Source: Edaphobacter sp. (GTDB lineage: Bacteria; Acidobacteriota; Terriglobia; Terriglobales; Acidobacteriaceae). From it: a stretch of DNA of 64,000 nucleotides. The position numbers and the translations under genes were made by a program. How positions within the stretch are numbered: position 1 is the stretch's first letter; the number at the start of each line of letters is the position of its first letter. Below the pieces are notes generated by a model. It was not told where the DNA came from. It saw only the letters and a list, made by a program, of their open reading frames with translations, and searched no databases. The stretch covers positions 16,782 to 80,781 of the forward strand of contig DATMKY010000035.1 in assembly GCA_035570955.1 (NCBI GenBank), written 5' to 3'. This document shows, piece by piece, positions 1 through 11,016 of this stretch.

Positions 1-491
1 ATGAGATAGTAGCCGCCGTCTTGCGAGGGACCAAGAATGATCCGATCGCCGGGTTTTGCGAGTTCGGCGACGGCTTGATGGAAGGCAGCGGCGGGAACGG
101 TTGGTGAGTCGGAGTCGATGAGGCAGACGCCCCCGTATCCGCAGGTGAGAAGATCCTCTGCGGTGGCGAGAAGACGTTCCCCGAAGCTATCACCACGTTG
201 CGGGATGAGAGCGAAGTCCGTGGGAAGTAGATTATCGAAGAGAGATTCATCGCCTACCGGGGTGTAGGAGACGACGCCCGCGGCTTGGTTGGAGGCAGTG
301 ACGGTGGCGATGTTTTCTGTGGTGTCGCGCAGGAAACAGGTGTTGATGGTTGCAGCCTGCTCCGAAGAAAGAGGTGGACAGAGACGTGTTTTGACTTTGC
401 CCGGACGCGGGGCCTTGGCCATGACGGCGAGTACGCACTGACCTGCTCGCGCGGCGAGAGGATGCGCCGGATTGAGAATCGGGTATGACAT
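1..491 (-). CDS. DUF2064/TIGR04282-family glycosyltransferase-like protein (3' end runs off the window)
   Basis: Not in the ORF track; translated by hand from ATG at 491: MSYPILNP...VLAVMAKAPRPGKVKTRL...LIDSDSP...LGPSQDGGYYL. AKxPxxGxVKTRL and GPxxDGGYYL are typical family motifs. Confidence 0.85.
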   Translation of the reverse strand, partial: MSYPILNPAHPLAARAGQCVLAVMAKAPRPGKVKTRLCPPLSSEQAATINTCFLRDTTENIATVTASNQAAGVVSYTPVGDESLFDNLLPTDFALIPQRGDSFGERLLATAEDLLTCGYGGVCLIDSDSPTVPAAAFHQAVAELAKPGDRIILGPSQDGGYYL

Positions 492-554
492 GGCGAGAAG
501 CGGCATGGTATTACCCTGCCAGTCGATTTCTCCTCCTTAGCCACTAAGGTGCAA

Positions 555-1589
555 TCAGACCACATCGCTCCAATCGAGAATGACCTTGCCGGAGTTCCCG
601 GTGCGCATAGCAGCGAAACCATCCTCGTAGTCGCGCCAATTCATCCGGTGAGTGATGACACCAGAGATGTCCAGACCGCTTTCGAGCATGACGGTCATCT
701 TGTACCAGGTCTCGTACATCTCCCGTCCGTAGATGCCGCGAATGGTGAGCTGGTTGAAGACGACCTGGTTCCAGTCGATTGAAATATCTTCCGAAGGAAT
801 GCCGAGCATGGCGATTTTGGCTCCGTGGCTCATATTGGAGAGCATTTCGCGGAATGCATTCGGATTGCCGGACATCTCGAGACCAACGTCGAAGCCTTCC
901 TGCATGTGGAGCTTCTGTTGAATCTCTTTAAGAGGCGTGGCACGAGGGTCGACAGCGAGCGTGACGCCAACTTTTTCGGCCAGCTTGCGACGGTATTCGT
1001 TCGGGTCTGAGATAACGACGTAACGGGCTCCGGCGTGGCGGGCAACTGCCGCGGCCATGATGCCGATAGGACCGGCTCCTGTGACGAGAACATCTTCACC
1101 AAGTACGGGAAAGGCAAGAGCGGTGTGGACTGCATTGCCGAGCGGATCGAAGATCGCAGCAATTTCGCGAGGTACACCGGGGTTGTGAATCCAGATGTTG
1201 GACATGGGCAGAACGATGTATTCGGCAAATGCGCCGTTGCGATTGACGCCGACGCCCAGCGTGTGAGCACAGAGATGGCGGCGACCGGCGAGGCAGTTGC
1301 GGCAGCGTCCGCAGACGACGTGGCCCTCGCCGCTTACAAGCTGACCGATAGAGATGTCTGTGACGTTCGAACCGGTCGCGACGACCTCGCCTACGAACTC
1401 GTGACCGATGGTGAGTCCCTTTCGAATTGTGGACCGCGCCCATGCGTCCCATTCGTAGATATGCAGGTCAGTACCGCAGATTCCGGTTGCGAGAACCCGG
1501 ATTTTTACGTCGTTGATTCCCATCTCTGGCTCGGGAACATCCTCAAGCCACAGGCCGCGCTCTTCGCGGCTCTTTACTAATGCCTTCAC
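555..1589 (-). CDS. tdh: L-threonine 3-dehydrogenase
   Basis: MKALVK start, [19 protein letters not shown] structural Zn site, [20 protein letters not shown]. Confidence 0.95.
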   Translation of the reverse strand: MKALVKSREERGLWLEDVPEPEMGINDVKIRVLATGICGTDLHIYEWDAWARSTIRKGLTIGHEFVGEVVATGSNVTDISIGQLVSGEGHVVCGRCRNCLAGRRHLCAHTLGVGVNRNGAFAEYIVLPMSNIWIHNPGVPREIAAIFDPLGNAVHTALAFPVLGEDVLVTGAGPIGIMAAAVARHAGARYVVISDPNEYRRKLAEKVGVTLAVDPRATPLKEIQQKLHMQEGFDVGLEMSGNPNAFREMLSNMSHGAKIAMLGIPSEDISIDWNQVVFNQLTIRGIYGREMYETWYKMTVMLESGLDISGVITHRMNWRDYEDGFAAMRTGNSGKVILDWSDVV

Positions 1590-1839
1590 TTAAATAGCCT
1601 TTCTGGTTGCGGTAACAGCCGCTCCAGGCGAAATGCTTTGCTTCTGAGAACAATTCTAGTCGTTTGAACAGGTAGGCGCTGGACTCGTGAATTGGCATTC
1701 AACAACATCCAACCAAACCCGTCAACTCTTACAGTGTCAACCTTCGCAGAGGAGAGACATAATTTATCTCTTGTTGATAAACAATCACTCCACTGAAGTA
1801 TTCCGGGATATGCCCAATTCACCTGCCGGAGTATCTGCC

Positions 1840-4581
1840 ATGACAAACGATAAAGTAAGCACGTCGACACAACCAGTGAAAGCCGAGTACGACCGTCTTG
1901 ATGAATCTCGCGTTCAAGGCGTTCCGTGGACAAAATGGGGACCGTATCTCAGTGAAAGGCAGTGGGGCACGGTGCGCGAGGACTATAGCGCGAACGGCGA
2001 TGCGTGGAACTACTTCACGCATGACGAGGCTCGTTCACGGGTGTATCGCTGGGGGGAGGATGGCATCGCGGGGATCTCGGACAATCAACAGCTTCTCTGT
2101 TTCTGTCTGGCGTTGTGGAATGGTGCGGACCCCATTCTTAAAGAGCGCCTGTTCGGATTAACAAACTCCGAAGGCAACCATGGTGAGGACGTTAAGGAGT
2201 ATTACTTCTATCTCGACTCGACGCCTACTCACTCGTACATGAAGATGCTGTACAAGTATCCGCAGAAGGCCTATCCCTACGACGACATTGTTCAGACAAA
2301 CAAGAAACGATCGCGCTCCGAATCAGAGTATGAGCTATTGGACACCGGCGTCTTCGATGAAAACCGATATTTTGATGTCTTTGTCGAATATGCCAAGGCC
2401 AACCCGGAAGATCTGCTGATTGCCGTGACGGCGCATAACCGCGGCGACAAGGATGCCACGTTGCACCTGCTACCCACCGCATGGTTTCGTAACACGTGGT
2501 GGGCAGAGAATGCACCATCGTCACGACCGGCGTTGACCGCTAGCAAAGATGGACTGGGTGTTCATGCCGATCATCCAGTCCTTGGGGGATACGAGCTGCG
2601 CTTCGATGGGAATCCGGCTCTTTTATTCACGAATAACGAGACTAACGAAGAGCGTCGCGGAGGACAATCGATTACTCCCTATACGAAAGACGCTTTTCAT
2701 CGTTACCTGTTGAAGGGTGAGAAGGCTGCGGTGAACCCTACCCAGAGCGGCACCAAGGCCGCAGCCCACTATGAGATGAAGATTCCTGCGGGAAAGAGTT
2801 CGACGTTACGAATGCGCCTTACGAAGAGTGGCACGGCAGGCAAGATCGGCTTTGACGACTTTTCGTCCGTCATGACAAACCGACTACAAGAGGCTGATGA
2901 GTTTTATCGGATGGTTTTGCCTGAGCATGTCTCGGATGACGAAAAACTGGTGATGCGGCAGGGATTCGCAGGAATGCTGTGGTCGAAACAGTTTTACTAC
3001 TATGATCTTGAGCGGTGGCTCGAAGCGCGTAATGCTCCCGAAGACCAGGTAGCGGCCGGAGTGCGCAACTCAGGCTGGTTCCATATGCTGACACAGGATG
3101 TCATCTCCATGCCGGATAAGTGGGAGTATCCGTGGTTTGCAGCATGGGATCTCGCATTTCATTCTCTGCCCCTTTCAATGGTGGATCTATCCTTTGCCAA
3201 GACGCAGCTGAAGCTAATGCTGGACAGTCTGTATCTGCATCCCAATGGTCAACTTCCGGCATATGAGTGGAACTTCGGAGATGTTAATCCGCCAGTGCAT
3301 GCGTGGGCCTGTCTCGCGCTCTATCGGGCCGAACGAGCAGAGTGCGGCAGGGCCGATATTTCCTTCCTCGAGCAGTGTTTTCAAAAACTGCTGTTGAACT
3401 TTACCTGGTGGTTGAACCGCAAGGATGCGGACGGAAAGAACGTCTTTCAGGGCGGTTTTCTTGGACTCGACAACATCGGCGTCTTCGATCGCAGTAGTCC
3501 GCTGCCGACGGGCGGCCATCTGGAACAGGCCGACGGAACTGCCTGGATGTGTCTCTTCTCACAAAACATGTTGCAGATCGCGATTGAGTTGAGCGCAACA
3601 AATCCTATGTACTCTGAGATGGCGTTGAAGTTTACGGAGCATTTTTTGTGGATTGCCGGAGCGATGACTAATGTCGGCGAGGACGGTGATCAGATGTGGG
3701 ATGAAGAGGATGGCTTCTTCTACGACATTCTTCGACTGCCCGACGGCCGCGCGACGCGCCTGAAGTTACGCTCCATGGTTGGTTTGCTGCCTTTGTGTGC
3801 AACAACAGTGATCGAAACCCCGTACCTCGATCATTTTCCTGACCTAATGAAACGCGTCGAAGACTTTTTGACAAGGCACTCCGAGCTCTGCGACAACATT
3901 ACTTCGCTGCGGGTAAAAGGAGTGAATAATCGCCGGATCCTGGCTTTGCTGAACGAAGGCAAGCTGCGGCGAGTTCTTCGTCGGATGCTTGATCCTAACG
4001 AATTTTTGAGCGACTACGGGATTCGATCGATTTCAAAAACTTATGAAGGGCATCCCTTCGTCTTTGAATACCCCGGCGGTCGAAACACAGTAGAGTATTT
4101 GCCGGCGGAGTCGAATACGGGGATGTTTGGCGGGAACTCGAACTGGCGTGGGCCAATCTGGATGCCGGTAAATACGCTGATTCTGCGCGGACTTTATCAG
4201 TACTATCAGTTCTACGGCGAGGATTTTAAAATCGAGTGCCCGACAGGTTCCGGAAAGATGATGACACTATACGAAGTTGCTGTGGAGCTCAATCGCCGGT
4301 TGTCCAATATCTTTCTGCGCGATGCGACGGGCCGTCGCGCCGTGTATGGTTCTTTGGCCAAGTTTCAGAACGATCCTTACTGGAAAGATCTGATTCTCTT
4401 CCATGAGTATTTCCATGGAGATAACGGCGCAGGGATCGGCGCGAGTCATCAGACGGGGTGGACGGGAGTAATTTCTTACTTGATGAAGCTCTCTTCACTA
4501 ATAACTGCCGAAACTGCGCTGAAGACAGAGAGCGCCTATGCTGCCCTTCATGCAGAACCGAACAAACCAACGTCCACCTGA
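1840..4581 (+). CDS. MGH1-like/GH63 glucosidase-family glycoside hydrolase
   Basis: [56 protein letters not shown]; start placed at ATG 1840 after GGAG. Confidence 0.85.
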   Translation: MTNDKVSTSTQPVKAEYDRLDESRVQGVPWTKWGPYLSERQWGTVREDYSANGDAWNYFTHDEARSRVYRWGEDGIAGISDNQQLLCFCLALWNGADPILKERLFGLTNSEGNHGEDVKEYYFYLDSTPTHSYMKMLYKYPQKAYPYDDIVQTNKKRSRSESEYELLDTGVFDENRYFDVFVEYAKANPEDLLIAVTAHNRGDKDATLHLLPTAWFRNTWWAENAPSSRPALTASKDGLGVHADHPVLGGYELRFDGNPALLFTNNETNEERRGGQSITPYTKDAFHRYLLKGEKAAVNPTQSGTKAAAHYEMKIPAGKSSTLRMRLTKSGTAGKIGFDDFSSVMTNRLQEADEFYRMVLPEHVSDDEKLVMRQGFAGMLWSKQFYYYDLERWLEARNAPEDQVAAGVRNSGWFHMLTQDVISMPDKWEYPWFAAWDLAFHSLPLSMVDLSFAKTQLKLMLDSLYLHPNGQLPAYEWNFGDVNPPVHAWACLALYRAERAECGRADISFLEQCFQKLLLNFTWWLNRKDADGKNVFQGGFLGLDNIGVFDRSSPLPTGGHLEQADGTAWMCLFSQNMLQIAIELSATNPMYSEMALKFTEHFLWIAGAMTNVGEDGDQMWDEEDGFFYDILRLPDGRATRLKLRSMVGLLPLCATTVIETPYLDHFPDLMKRVEDFLTRHSELCDNITSLRVKGVNNRRILALLNEGKLRRVLRRMLDPNEFLSDYGIRSISKTYEGHPFVFEYPGGRNTVEYLPAESNTGMFGGNSNWRGPIWMPVNTLILRGLYQYYQFYGEDFKIECPTGSGKMMTLYEVAVELNRRLSNIFLRDATGRRAVYGSLAKFQNDPYWKDLILFHEYFHGDNGAGIGASHQTGWTGVISYLMKLSSLITAETALKTESAYAALHAEPNKPTST

Positions 4582-4686
4582 CCCGCTTGCAGCTCTCTTT
4601 GTGCAACTCGCTATAAAATAAGGGGACAGACAAATGACAGGTACGTACGGATGTCCTGGTCTGATTCCGCAGAAGAACGAGATGTA

Positions 4687-5751
4687 ATGCTTTATTCCAC
4701 AGATAACCTTCGTATTACTTGGACAAAAGTCGTTCTACCGCCTGCCTTTCTTGAAGAGGAGCTGCCTGTTACGGAGCAGGCCTCGGCAACGGTCTACAAC
4801 GCTCGCAACGAAATTGTAAAGATTCTCAATGGCGAGGATAAGCGCCTGCTCGTGGTGGTAGGTCCCTGCTCCATTCACGACACGAAGGCCGCACGTGAAT
4901 ATGCCGAGTTGTTGAAGGGTGCGATCGCTGAGTTCTCTGAAGAGCTCTGCCTGATTATGCGGGTTTACTTCGAGAAGCCACGCACAACGCTTGGCTGGAA
5001 AGGGTTGATTAACGATCCGTATCTCGACGAGTCATTCCAGATTAACGATGGTTTGCGCAAAGCGCGGCATCTCCTCCTAGACCTGGCTAAGATGGGAGTT
5101 CCTGCAGGCACGGAGTTTCTCGACATGATCTCGCCGCAGTATGTATCGAGCCTCGTGAGCTGGGGGGCGATCGGTGCGCGTACGACAGAAAGCCAGGTGC
5201 ATCGCGAACTTGTGTCGGGACTTTCCTGCCCAGTAGGCTTCAAAAATGGGACGTCAGGAAATGTACAGATTGCGATTGAGGCGATACTCTCTGCGGGGCA
5301 GCCTCACAATTTTCTAGGGCACACCAAACATGGACAGACCGCGATTTTTGTGACGAAGGGGAATCGCGACTGCCACATCATCTTGCGCGGCGGAAGACAG
5401 ACCGTCAACTATGACGCGGCTTCTGTTGAAGAGACCTGCAAGCAGATGGAGAAAGCGGGGATTCGGCCACAGGTCATGATCGACTGCAGCCATGCGAACA
5501 GCCAGAAGGAGCACACCAGGCAGGTGGTTGTCGCTCGTGATGTTGCCGGGCAGATCTCCGCAGGTGACACGCGCATCATTGGTGTAATGCTCGAGAGCAA
5601 TCTCGTCGAAGGAGCACAGAAGCTTGTTCCTGGGAAGGAACTCGTCTACGGGCAGAGCATCACCGACGCCTGCATAGGCTGGGACGAAACCACAAAAGTG
5701 CTGCGTGAACTCGCTGTCGCAGTGCGGTCTTCGCGCTTCGCCCACGTTTAG
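4687..5751 (+). CDS. aroG: 3-deoxy-7-phosphoheptulonate (DAHP) synthase, class I alpha
   Basis: GPCSIHD, RVYFEKPRTT, GARTTESQVHRE, DCSHANS, YGQSITDAC; feedback isozyme type cannot be resolved and start is uncertain (4651 or 4687). Confidence 0.9.
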   Translation: MLYSTDNLRITWTKVVLPPAFLEEELPVTEQASATVYNARNEIVKILNGEDKRLLVVVGPCSIHDTKAAREYAELLKGAIAEFSEELCLIMRVYFEKPRTTLGWKGLINDPYLDESFQINDGLRKARHLLLDLAKMGVPAGTEFLDMISPQYVSSLVSWGAIGARTTESQVHRELVSGLSCPVGFKNGTSGNVQIAIEAILSAGQPHNFLGHTKHGQTAIFVTKGNRDCHIILRGGRQTVNYDAASVEETCKQMEKAGIRPQVMIDCSHANSQKEHTRQVVVARDVAGQISAGDTRIIGVMLESNLVEGAQKLVPGKELVYGQSITDACIGWDETTKVLRELAVAVRSSRFAHV

Positions 5752-5802
5752 CTGTGATTTCTGAACTTTAAATCTCTACTAGCATCGAAATTGGCTCTGA
5801 AT

Positions 5803-7299
5803 ATGACGAATGGTTTGCAGAACTCTGAAGTCCCGATACGCGTCCGCATCGCGCCCAGCCCCACCGGAGATCCACACGTCGGCACGGCCTATATTGGCCT
5901 GATCAACTTTATCTATGCTCGCCAGCGCGGAGGGAAATTTGTACTTCGCATTGAGGACACCGACCGCGTCCGCTTCGTCGCGACATCAGAACAGGAGATA
6001 TTCAATTCTCTCCACTGGCTCGGCCTCGCATGGGATGAAGGCCCGGACGTCGGCGGCCCTTTCGGCCCCTACCGGCAGTCGGAACGCACAGAGATCTATC
6101 GCGAGCATGTCGAGCTCCTGCTCGCCAATGGGACCGCCTATCGCTGCTTCTGCACCGCTGAGGAACTGGAAATTGTTCGCCGACAGCAGATTGCCGCGAA
6201 ACTTCCGCCTCGGTATCCCGGAACCTGCCGCCACCTGAGCGCGGAGACAGAGCAAGCCAATCTTGCCGCGGGCAAACCGTTTGTTGTTCGCATGGCAGTC
6301 CCTCCCCACGCACGGAACGCAACGACTTCAACAACCTTTCGCGACGAACTGCGCGGCGATATCACCTTCGAGCATTCAAATGTGGACGACCAGGTGCTCT
6401 TGAAGTCCGACGGCTTTCCGACTTACCACCTTGCGAATGTCGTTGACGATCACCTGATGCAGATCACGGACGTCATCCGTGCGGAGGAGTGGATCTCATC
6501 GACGCCAAAACATGTCTTGCTGTATCGAGCCTTCGGATGGCAACAACCGCGGTTCTGGCATATGCCATTGCTGCGCAATCTCGATAAGTCAAAGATTTCG
6601 AAACGTAAGAACCCAGTCTCGCTGATCTATTATCGCCAGGCTGGCTTTCTTCCTGAAGCCGTCATCAACTTTCTCGGCCTGATGGGCGGAGGAATGCCTG
6701 AATCGGGCGGGCCTGTCGCGGAGAAGTTCTCACTTGGTGAAATGGTTGAACGTTTCGAGGTAAAAAACATCCGCCTCGGCGGCCCGGTCTTTGATCTGAC
6801 GAAGCTCAAGTGGTTGAACGGCGAATATATCCGCGCCATGTCGTCTGAAGATTTCTATGCCGCGTTGCGCTCCACAGTCCTCGGCGATACGTACCTCAGA
6901 GAGATTGCGTCGCTGGTACAGACGCGCGTTGAGACACTGGGCGAATTTGGCAATCTAACTCACTTCTTCTTCGCCGACGACATTCTTCCATCGGCAGAGG
7001 TTTTTGTTCCGAAGAAGCGGACGCTTGAGGAGACTCTTGCCTTTGCCGCTGAGCAACTGACCGTGCTCGAATCAACCGAGTGGAGCAAAGAAACGCTCGA
7101 AGCTGCGTTGAAGAAGCTCGGTGAAGAAAAGCAATGGGCGGTCAAGGAGAACTTTATGCTGCTACGCGCGATCGTTACGGGCAGCACAATGTCTCCTCCG
7201 CTATTGGAGAGCATGGTTGTGTTCGGCAAAGCCCGTTCTCTCGACCGAGTGCGACGTTTTCTCGAAGCACAGAAGAAACTGTCCGGCTCAAAGAAATAG
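5803..7299 (+). CDS. gltX: glutamate--tRNA ligase
   Basis: RIAPSPTGDPHVG (HIGH-like), LRIEDTD, PTYHLANVVDD, KISKR (KMSKS-like). Confidence 0.95.
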   Translation: MTNGLQNSEVPIRVRIAPSPTGDPHVGTAYIGLINFIYARQRGGKFVLRIEDTDRVRFVATSEQEIFNSLHWLGLAWDEGPDVGGPFGPYRQSERTEIYREHVELLLANGTAYRCFCTAEELEIVRRQQIAAKLPPRYPGTCRHLSAETEQANLAAGKPFVVRMAVPPHARNATTSTTFRDELRGDITFEHSNVDDQVLLKSDGFPTYHLANVVDDHLMQITDVIRAEEWISSTPKHVLLYRAFGWQQPRFWHMPLLRNLDKSKISKRKNPVSLIYYRQAGFLPEAVINFLGLMGGGMPESGGPVAEKFSLGEMVERFEVKNIRLGGPVFDLTKLKWLNGEYIRAMSSEDFYAALRSTVLGDTYLREIASLVQTRVETLGEFGNLTHFFFADDILPSAEVFVPKKRTLEETLAFAAEQLTVLESTEWSKETLEAALKKLGEEKQWAVKENFMLLRAIVTGSTMSPPLLESMVVFGKARSLDRVRRFLEAQKKLSGSKK

Positions 7300-7448
7300 C
7301 ATCGACTGAACGCCTGCCGCAGTTTTCAAGGGCGTTCGAACCTTTGATCCGCAATCTGTCACAATTCTGGCACTTGTCTGTCGTCTATTTCGTACCATTC
7401 CTTCGGGTCGGTTCGCCAAGTTCTGACGGCCCTTTGAGGACACGATCG

Positions 7449-8450
7449 ATGAAGTTCGCCATGATCTTTCTGTTGTCCGTGATACCCGGTATGTTGGCGT
7501 CTCATGCCGAGACAACTCCTGCACCTCCCGGCAAATTGGTCGACCTTGGCGGTCATCGTCTGCATGTTAACTGCACGGGCAAAGGAAAATTTACAGTGGT
7601 CGTCGAAGACGGGTTGGGAGACTTTTCCTTCGATTGGATTCTTGTTCAAGCCAAGGTCGAGAAGTTCACAAGAATCTGCACCTATGATCGAGCCGGTTAT
7701 GCGTGGAGCGACCCGGGCCCTAAGCCGCGCACATTCGCACAGCTCAATCTCGAGCTTCACGATGCGCTGGGAAAATTGGGAGAACGGAGTCCGCTGATTC
7801 TGGTTGGCCATTCCTTTGGCGGTGGCGTTGTTCGAAACTATTCGGCCGCCTATCCTACGCAGGTTGCGGGCATGGTTCTTGTGGATACCACCCATGAGGA
7901 TCAGCGAATCTCGATGGGCCCGAAGAGGACCGGCCGGATACGTGATTCCGCAAACGGAGTTCCAATCCCAACGCCACGAGAAGATCTTCTGCCTACCGAC
8001 AAACCCAATCTCTCGCCGGTTGCGAGCCCCCCTGGAAAAATCGAACCGCCATTCACCCTATTGCCCGAAAAAGAACAGAGCCTTCACCAATGGGCCGAGC
8101 GTCTGCCAGCGCTCAACGCCGCCGAAGACAGCCAGAAAGAATGGTCAGCTGAATCTATGGAATTAATGCATACAACACCGCAAGAGGGAATCCTGGGATC
8201 GATACCTCTTATCGTTCTTACCCGAGCGAAGGGTGGTTTCGGCTCAAATCTCGATGTGTCAGCAGAAGAATTGGAAGCGGAACGTCTTCGCCTGCAAGCG
8301 AGCCTGGCGCTTCTGTCGTCCAATGGACGGCAGATTGTTATCCAGAGTGGCCACAACATCCATCTGGAAGCACCGAATGCGGTTGCCGATGCCATCAAAG
8401 AGGTCGTTCTTGCTTGCGAGCAGGCAAAGAAATCACGAACGGTTCCTTAG
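7449..8450 (+). CDS. secreted alpha/beta fold hydrolase
   Basis: Signal-peptide-like N-terminus after a GAGGA RBS, YDRAGY, GHSFGG nucleophile elbow, SGHNIH. Confidence 0.8.
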   Translation: MKFAMIFLLSVIPGMLASHAETTPAPPGKLVDLGGHRLHVNCTGKGKFTVVVEDGLGDFSFDWILVQAKVEKFTRICTYDRAGYAWSDPGPKPRTFAQLNLELHDALGKLGERSPLILVGHSFGGGVVRNYSAAYPTQVAGMVLVDTTHEDQRISMGPKRTGRIRDSANGVPIPTPREDLLPTDKPNLSPVASPPGKIEPPFTLLPEKEQSLHQWAERLPALNAAEDSQKEWSAESMELMHTTPQEGILGSIPLIVLTRAKGGFGSNLDVSAEELEAERLRLQASLALLSSNGRQIVIQSGHNIHLEAPNAVADAIKEVVLACEQAKKSRTVP

Positions 8451-9628
8451 CCGTTTTTGAACATCTGCTTTATCCCGCGCAGCGCCTGCCGTGTCCTCTC
8501 TTCATTTTCGATCAGCGAGAACCGTACGAAACCATCTCCGTGTTCGCCAAAGCCAACGCCGGGGCTGACTGCAACCTTCGCCTCCAGTAGCAGCTTCTTT
8601 GAGAATTCTACTGAGCCAAGTTGGCGGTATTGCTCGGGAATCTTCGCCCACGCAAACATCGTTGCCATTGGCAGTTCGACAGGCCAACCTAGCTTGTTCA
8701 ACCCAGGAACCAACACGTCACGACGGTCCTTGTAGTTGTCTCGGATCTCGGCAACGCAGTCCTGAGGCCCTTCGAGTGCTGCGATAGCTGCCACTTGAAT
8801 TGGCGTGAAAGTGCCATAGTCGAAGTAGCTTTTGATCCTTCCCAAAGCAGCAACGAGTTTTGGATTGCCTACCATGAAGCCCACGCGCCAACCGGGCATG
8901 TTGTAGCTCTTGGAGAGTGTGAAGAACTCCACCGCGATATCCTTGGCGCCGGAAACCTCCAGCACGCTCGGCGCACGGTAGCCATCGAAAACGATGTCTG
9001 CATAGGCCAGATCGTGGACGATGTAGATGCCAAGGTCTTTGCATAGTGCGACGATCCGCTCAAAGAAAGGGAGGTCGACGCACTGTGCCGTGGGGTTCGC
9101 AGGAAAGTTCAGGATCAGCAGCTTTGGTCTCGGGTGCATTCGCGGCAGATCGTATTCCAGCCGCTTCATCATCGCATCCGCGTTGCTACCGTCCATCGCG
9201 ATACTCTGCACCTTCGATCCGGCGATCACGGGACCGAAGATATGGATCGGATAGCTTGGATTCGGTACTGCCACGGTATCTTCGTCATCCAGCACCGCAA
9301 GGCATAGATGGGCAATACCCTCCTTCGAACCGATCGTGACGATCGCTTCGCTTTCGGGATTGAGATCCACGTTGTACCGTGTCTGATACCAGTTGCATAT
9401 CGCTCTGCGAAGCCGCGGGATTCCGCGCGAGAGCGAATAACGATGGGTTGCCGTTTTCTGCGCTGCCTCAATCAGTTTGTCGACTATATGCTTCGGCGTT
9501 GCCCCGTCAGGGTTGCCCATGCCGAAGTCGATGATATCCTCGCCCCGTTTTCGGGCCGCCGCCTTCAGCTCGCTTGTAATGTTGAACACGTACGCTGGCA
9601 GCCGTGTCAGCCTTCGAAATTCTTCCAT
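8447..9628 (-). CDS. alaC: PLP-dependent aminotransferase class I, AlaC-like
   Basis: DFGMGNPD, GSKEG, HDLAY, SKSYNMPGWRVG, KSYFDYGTFTPIQ. Confidence 0.85.
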   Translation of the reverse strand: MEEFRRLTRLPAYVFNITSELKAAARKRGEDIIDFGMGNPDGATPKHIVDKLIEAAQKTATHRYSLSRGIPRLRRAICNWYQTRYNVDLNPESEAIVTIGSKEGIAHLCLAVLDDEDTVAVPNPSYPIHIFGPVIAGSKVQSIAMDGSNADAMMKRLEYDLPRMHPRPKLLILNFPANPTAQCVDLPFFERIVALCKDLGIYIVHDLAYADIVFDGYRAPSVLEVSGAKDIAVEFFTLSKSYNMPGWRVGFMVGNPKLVAALGRIKSYFDYGTFTPIQVAAIAALEGPQDCVAEIRDNYKDRRDVLVPGLNKLGWPVELPMATMFAWAKIPEQYRQLGSVEFSKKLLLEAKVAVSPGVGFGEHGDGFVRFSLIENEERTRQALRGIKQMFKNG

Positions 9629-9740
9629 CCCGCCGTGAACTCCTTATCGGTTCCGTATCTCTCATGATGCCATCACTTTCCGCATGCCGAGGAGAGACGT
9701 ATCGAAGCTACCAATAGCGGAATGCAGGATTACGCGATCG

Positions 9741-10235
9741 CTACTTCGCTATGAAGATCACCTGCACGGGCAGCATCTTCGGCGGGTAACACGCGGCGTG
9801 ATCGCAGGCTTGGTAGCGCAGGGAGCCTTCCACCGTGTGAGAGCCCGCTTCCGCAACAACCGGCAGCTTTACGGTAAAGGCACCGGTGTATACGTCCAGC
9901 TTCTCTGACGGATCAAAGCTGAAGCTGTAGGAGGTACCTGGAGGGTATTCCAACGCCTCGGCTTTGACTCCATTCGCGGGCTGCAAAGTCATCTGCGTAG
10001 GAATCAGCAGCTCTGACTTTGGCGTATGTGAGTTAACGTGAAAGCCGTCGACGACGCGGAAGTGCAGTTCCAGCACTCTACGCTTCCCTGCCTCTATCTG
10101 TTGCTGTTCGGCGGCGTAGATGACAAATGCCTTCGGTTTCGGCGCGGGAGCATCGAGATTTCCCACCTGTTGACAGGACGCGCCAATCGGCGCACAGATA
10201 AAAGCGGTCGCGAGCGTGAGACAAAACCGAATCAC
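9741..10235 (-). CDS. DsbD N-terminal-domain protein (periplasmic thiol:disulfide interchange)
   Basis: Signal-like N-terminus, GFHVNSH, YQACDHAACYPP (CxxxxC). Confidence 0.75.
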   Translation of the reverse strand: MIRFCLTLATAFICAPIGASCQQVGNLDAPAPKPKAFVIYAAEQQQIEAGKRRVLELHFRVVDGFHVNSHTPKSELLIPTQMTLQPANGVKAEALEYPPGTSYSFSFDPSEKLDVYTGAFTVKLPVVAEAGSHTVEGSLRYQACDHAACYPPKMLPVQVIFIAK

Positions 10236-10882
10236 TGGCCACCTGCCGACGGGGCTCCAGAGGCAATCGTCTTTTTGATGTGAGCTTCAATCTGATCTTT
10301 GCCGCCAAGCCCAGCCGTTTCGTCAACGATAATGCCGTTGCGATCAACGTAAAACGACATCGGAAGATAGTCCATTCCCTCCGGCGAATAAGCCTTCTGG
10401 ACTTTGCCATCGGTCAACAAAATCGGATAAGTCACACCGGTTTTTTTGGCAACCTTCGCAATGGCTTCGTTGCCCGCATCGACGTCATCCGCCAGACCGA
10501 GGATAACCAGTCCCTGCGAGGCATACTGCTTGCTAAACTCCTCGAACCAAGGCATCTCGACCTTACAGGGTCCGCACCAGGTTGCCCAAAAATTCACGAG
10601 CACGGGGTGTCCCTTGAAATCGCTGAGCGACACTTTTTTACCTTCAAGTGTAATCAAGGTAAATGCTGGAGCCGCTTTACCCAACATCTGTGCTGCTTCG
10701 GCCTCGGGAGACTGCGAGTCTGAGGACGCAGTGGCACCGGCCTTTTCTGGCGTTAAAACGACTCTGCTTTCCTGCGCCTGCTGCATCGCTTTGCGACGCT
10801 CACGCAAATTATGCCACCCTGCCCACAACAAAAACGCGATGCCGACGATCATCACGCCAAGAACCAATCCGTTCCGTTTCAC
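10232..10882 (-). CDS. TlpA/ResA-family membrane-anchored thioredoxin
   Basis: N-terminal TM helix, VNFWATWCGPC; overlaps the downstream DsbD-N gene; GTG start after GGAAGGA. Confidence 0.85.
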   Translation of the reverse strand: MKRNGLVLGVMIVGIAFLLWAGWHNLRERRKAMQQAQESRVVLTPEKAGATASSDSQSPEAEAAQMLGKAAPAFTLITLEGKKVSLSDFKGHPVLVNFWATWCGPCKVEMPWFEEFSKQYASQGLVILGLADDVDAGNEAIAKVAKKTGVTYPILLTDGKVQKAYSPEGMDYLPMSFYVDRNGIIVDETAGLGGKDQIEAHIKKTIASGAPSAGGQ

Positions 10883-11016
10883 GTCTGAATCCTTCCGGCA
10901 CGCCAACCGCGCCATTTCACTCTATCTAGTTTAGACGCAAAGCCTCCGGGAACGATTCTCGAAGGCCTTGGCAAGACCGGAACAGCGCGTCTGCTAGCAT
11001 CGACATTGGTTCGGCC

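Noticed and set aside
1750-1782. dif-like sequence GAGAGACATAA-TTTATC-TCTTGTTGATA near the skew switch
   Set aside because: Only partial resemblance to XerC/XerD arms; cannot be supported without a PWM scan.
7134-7448. Long N-terminal extensions in the ORF track (also 1687, 44594, 50390, 51995, 57331, 28552)
   Set aside because: They overlap neighbouring genes or intergenic DNA; downstream starts have an RBS, a signal peptide or family-typical N-termini.
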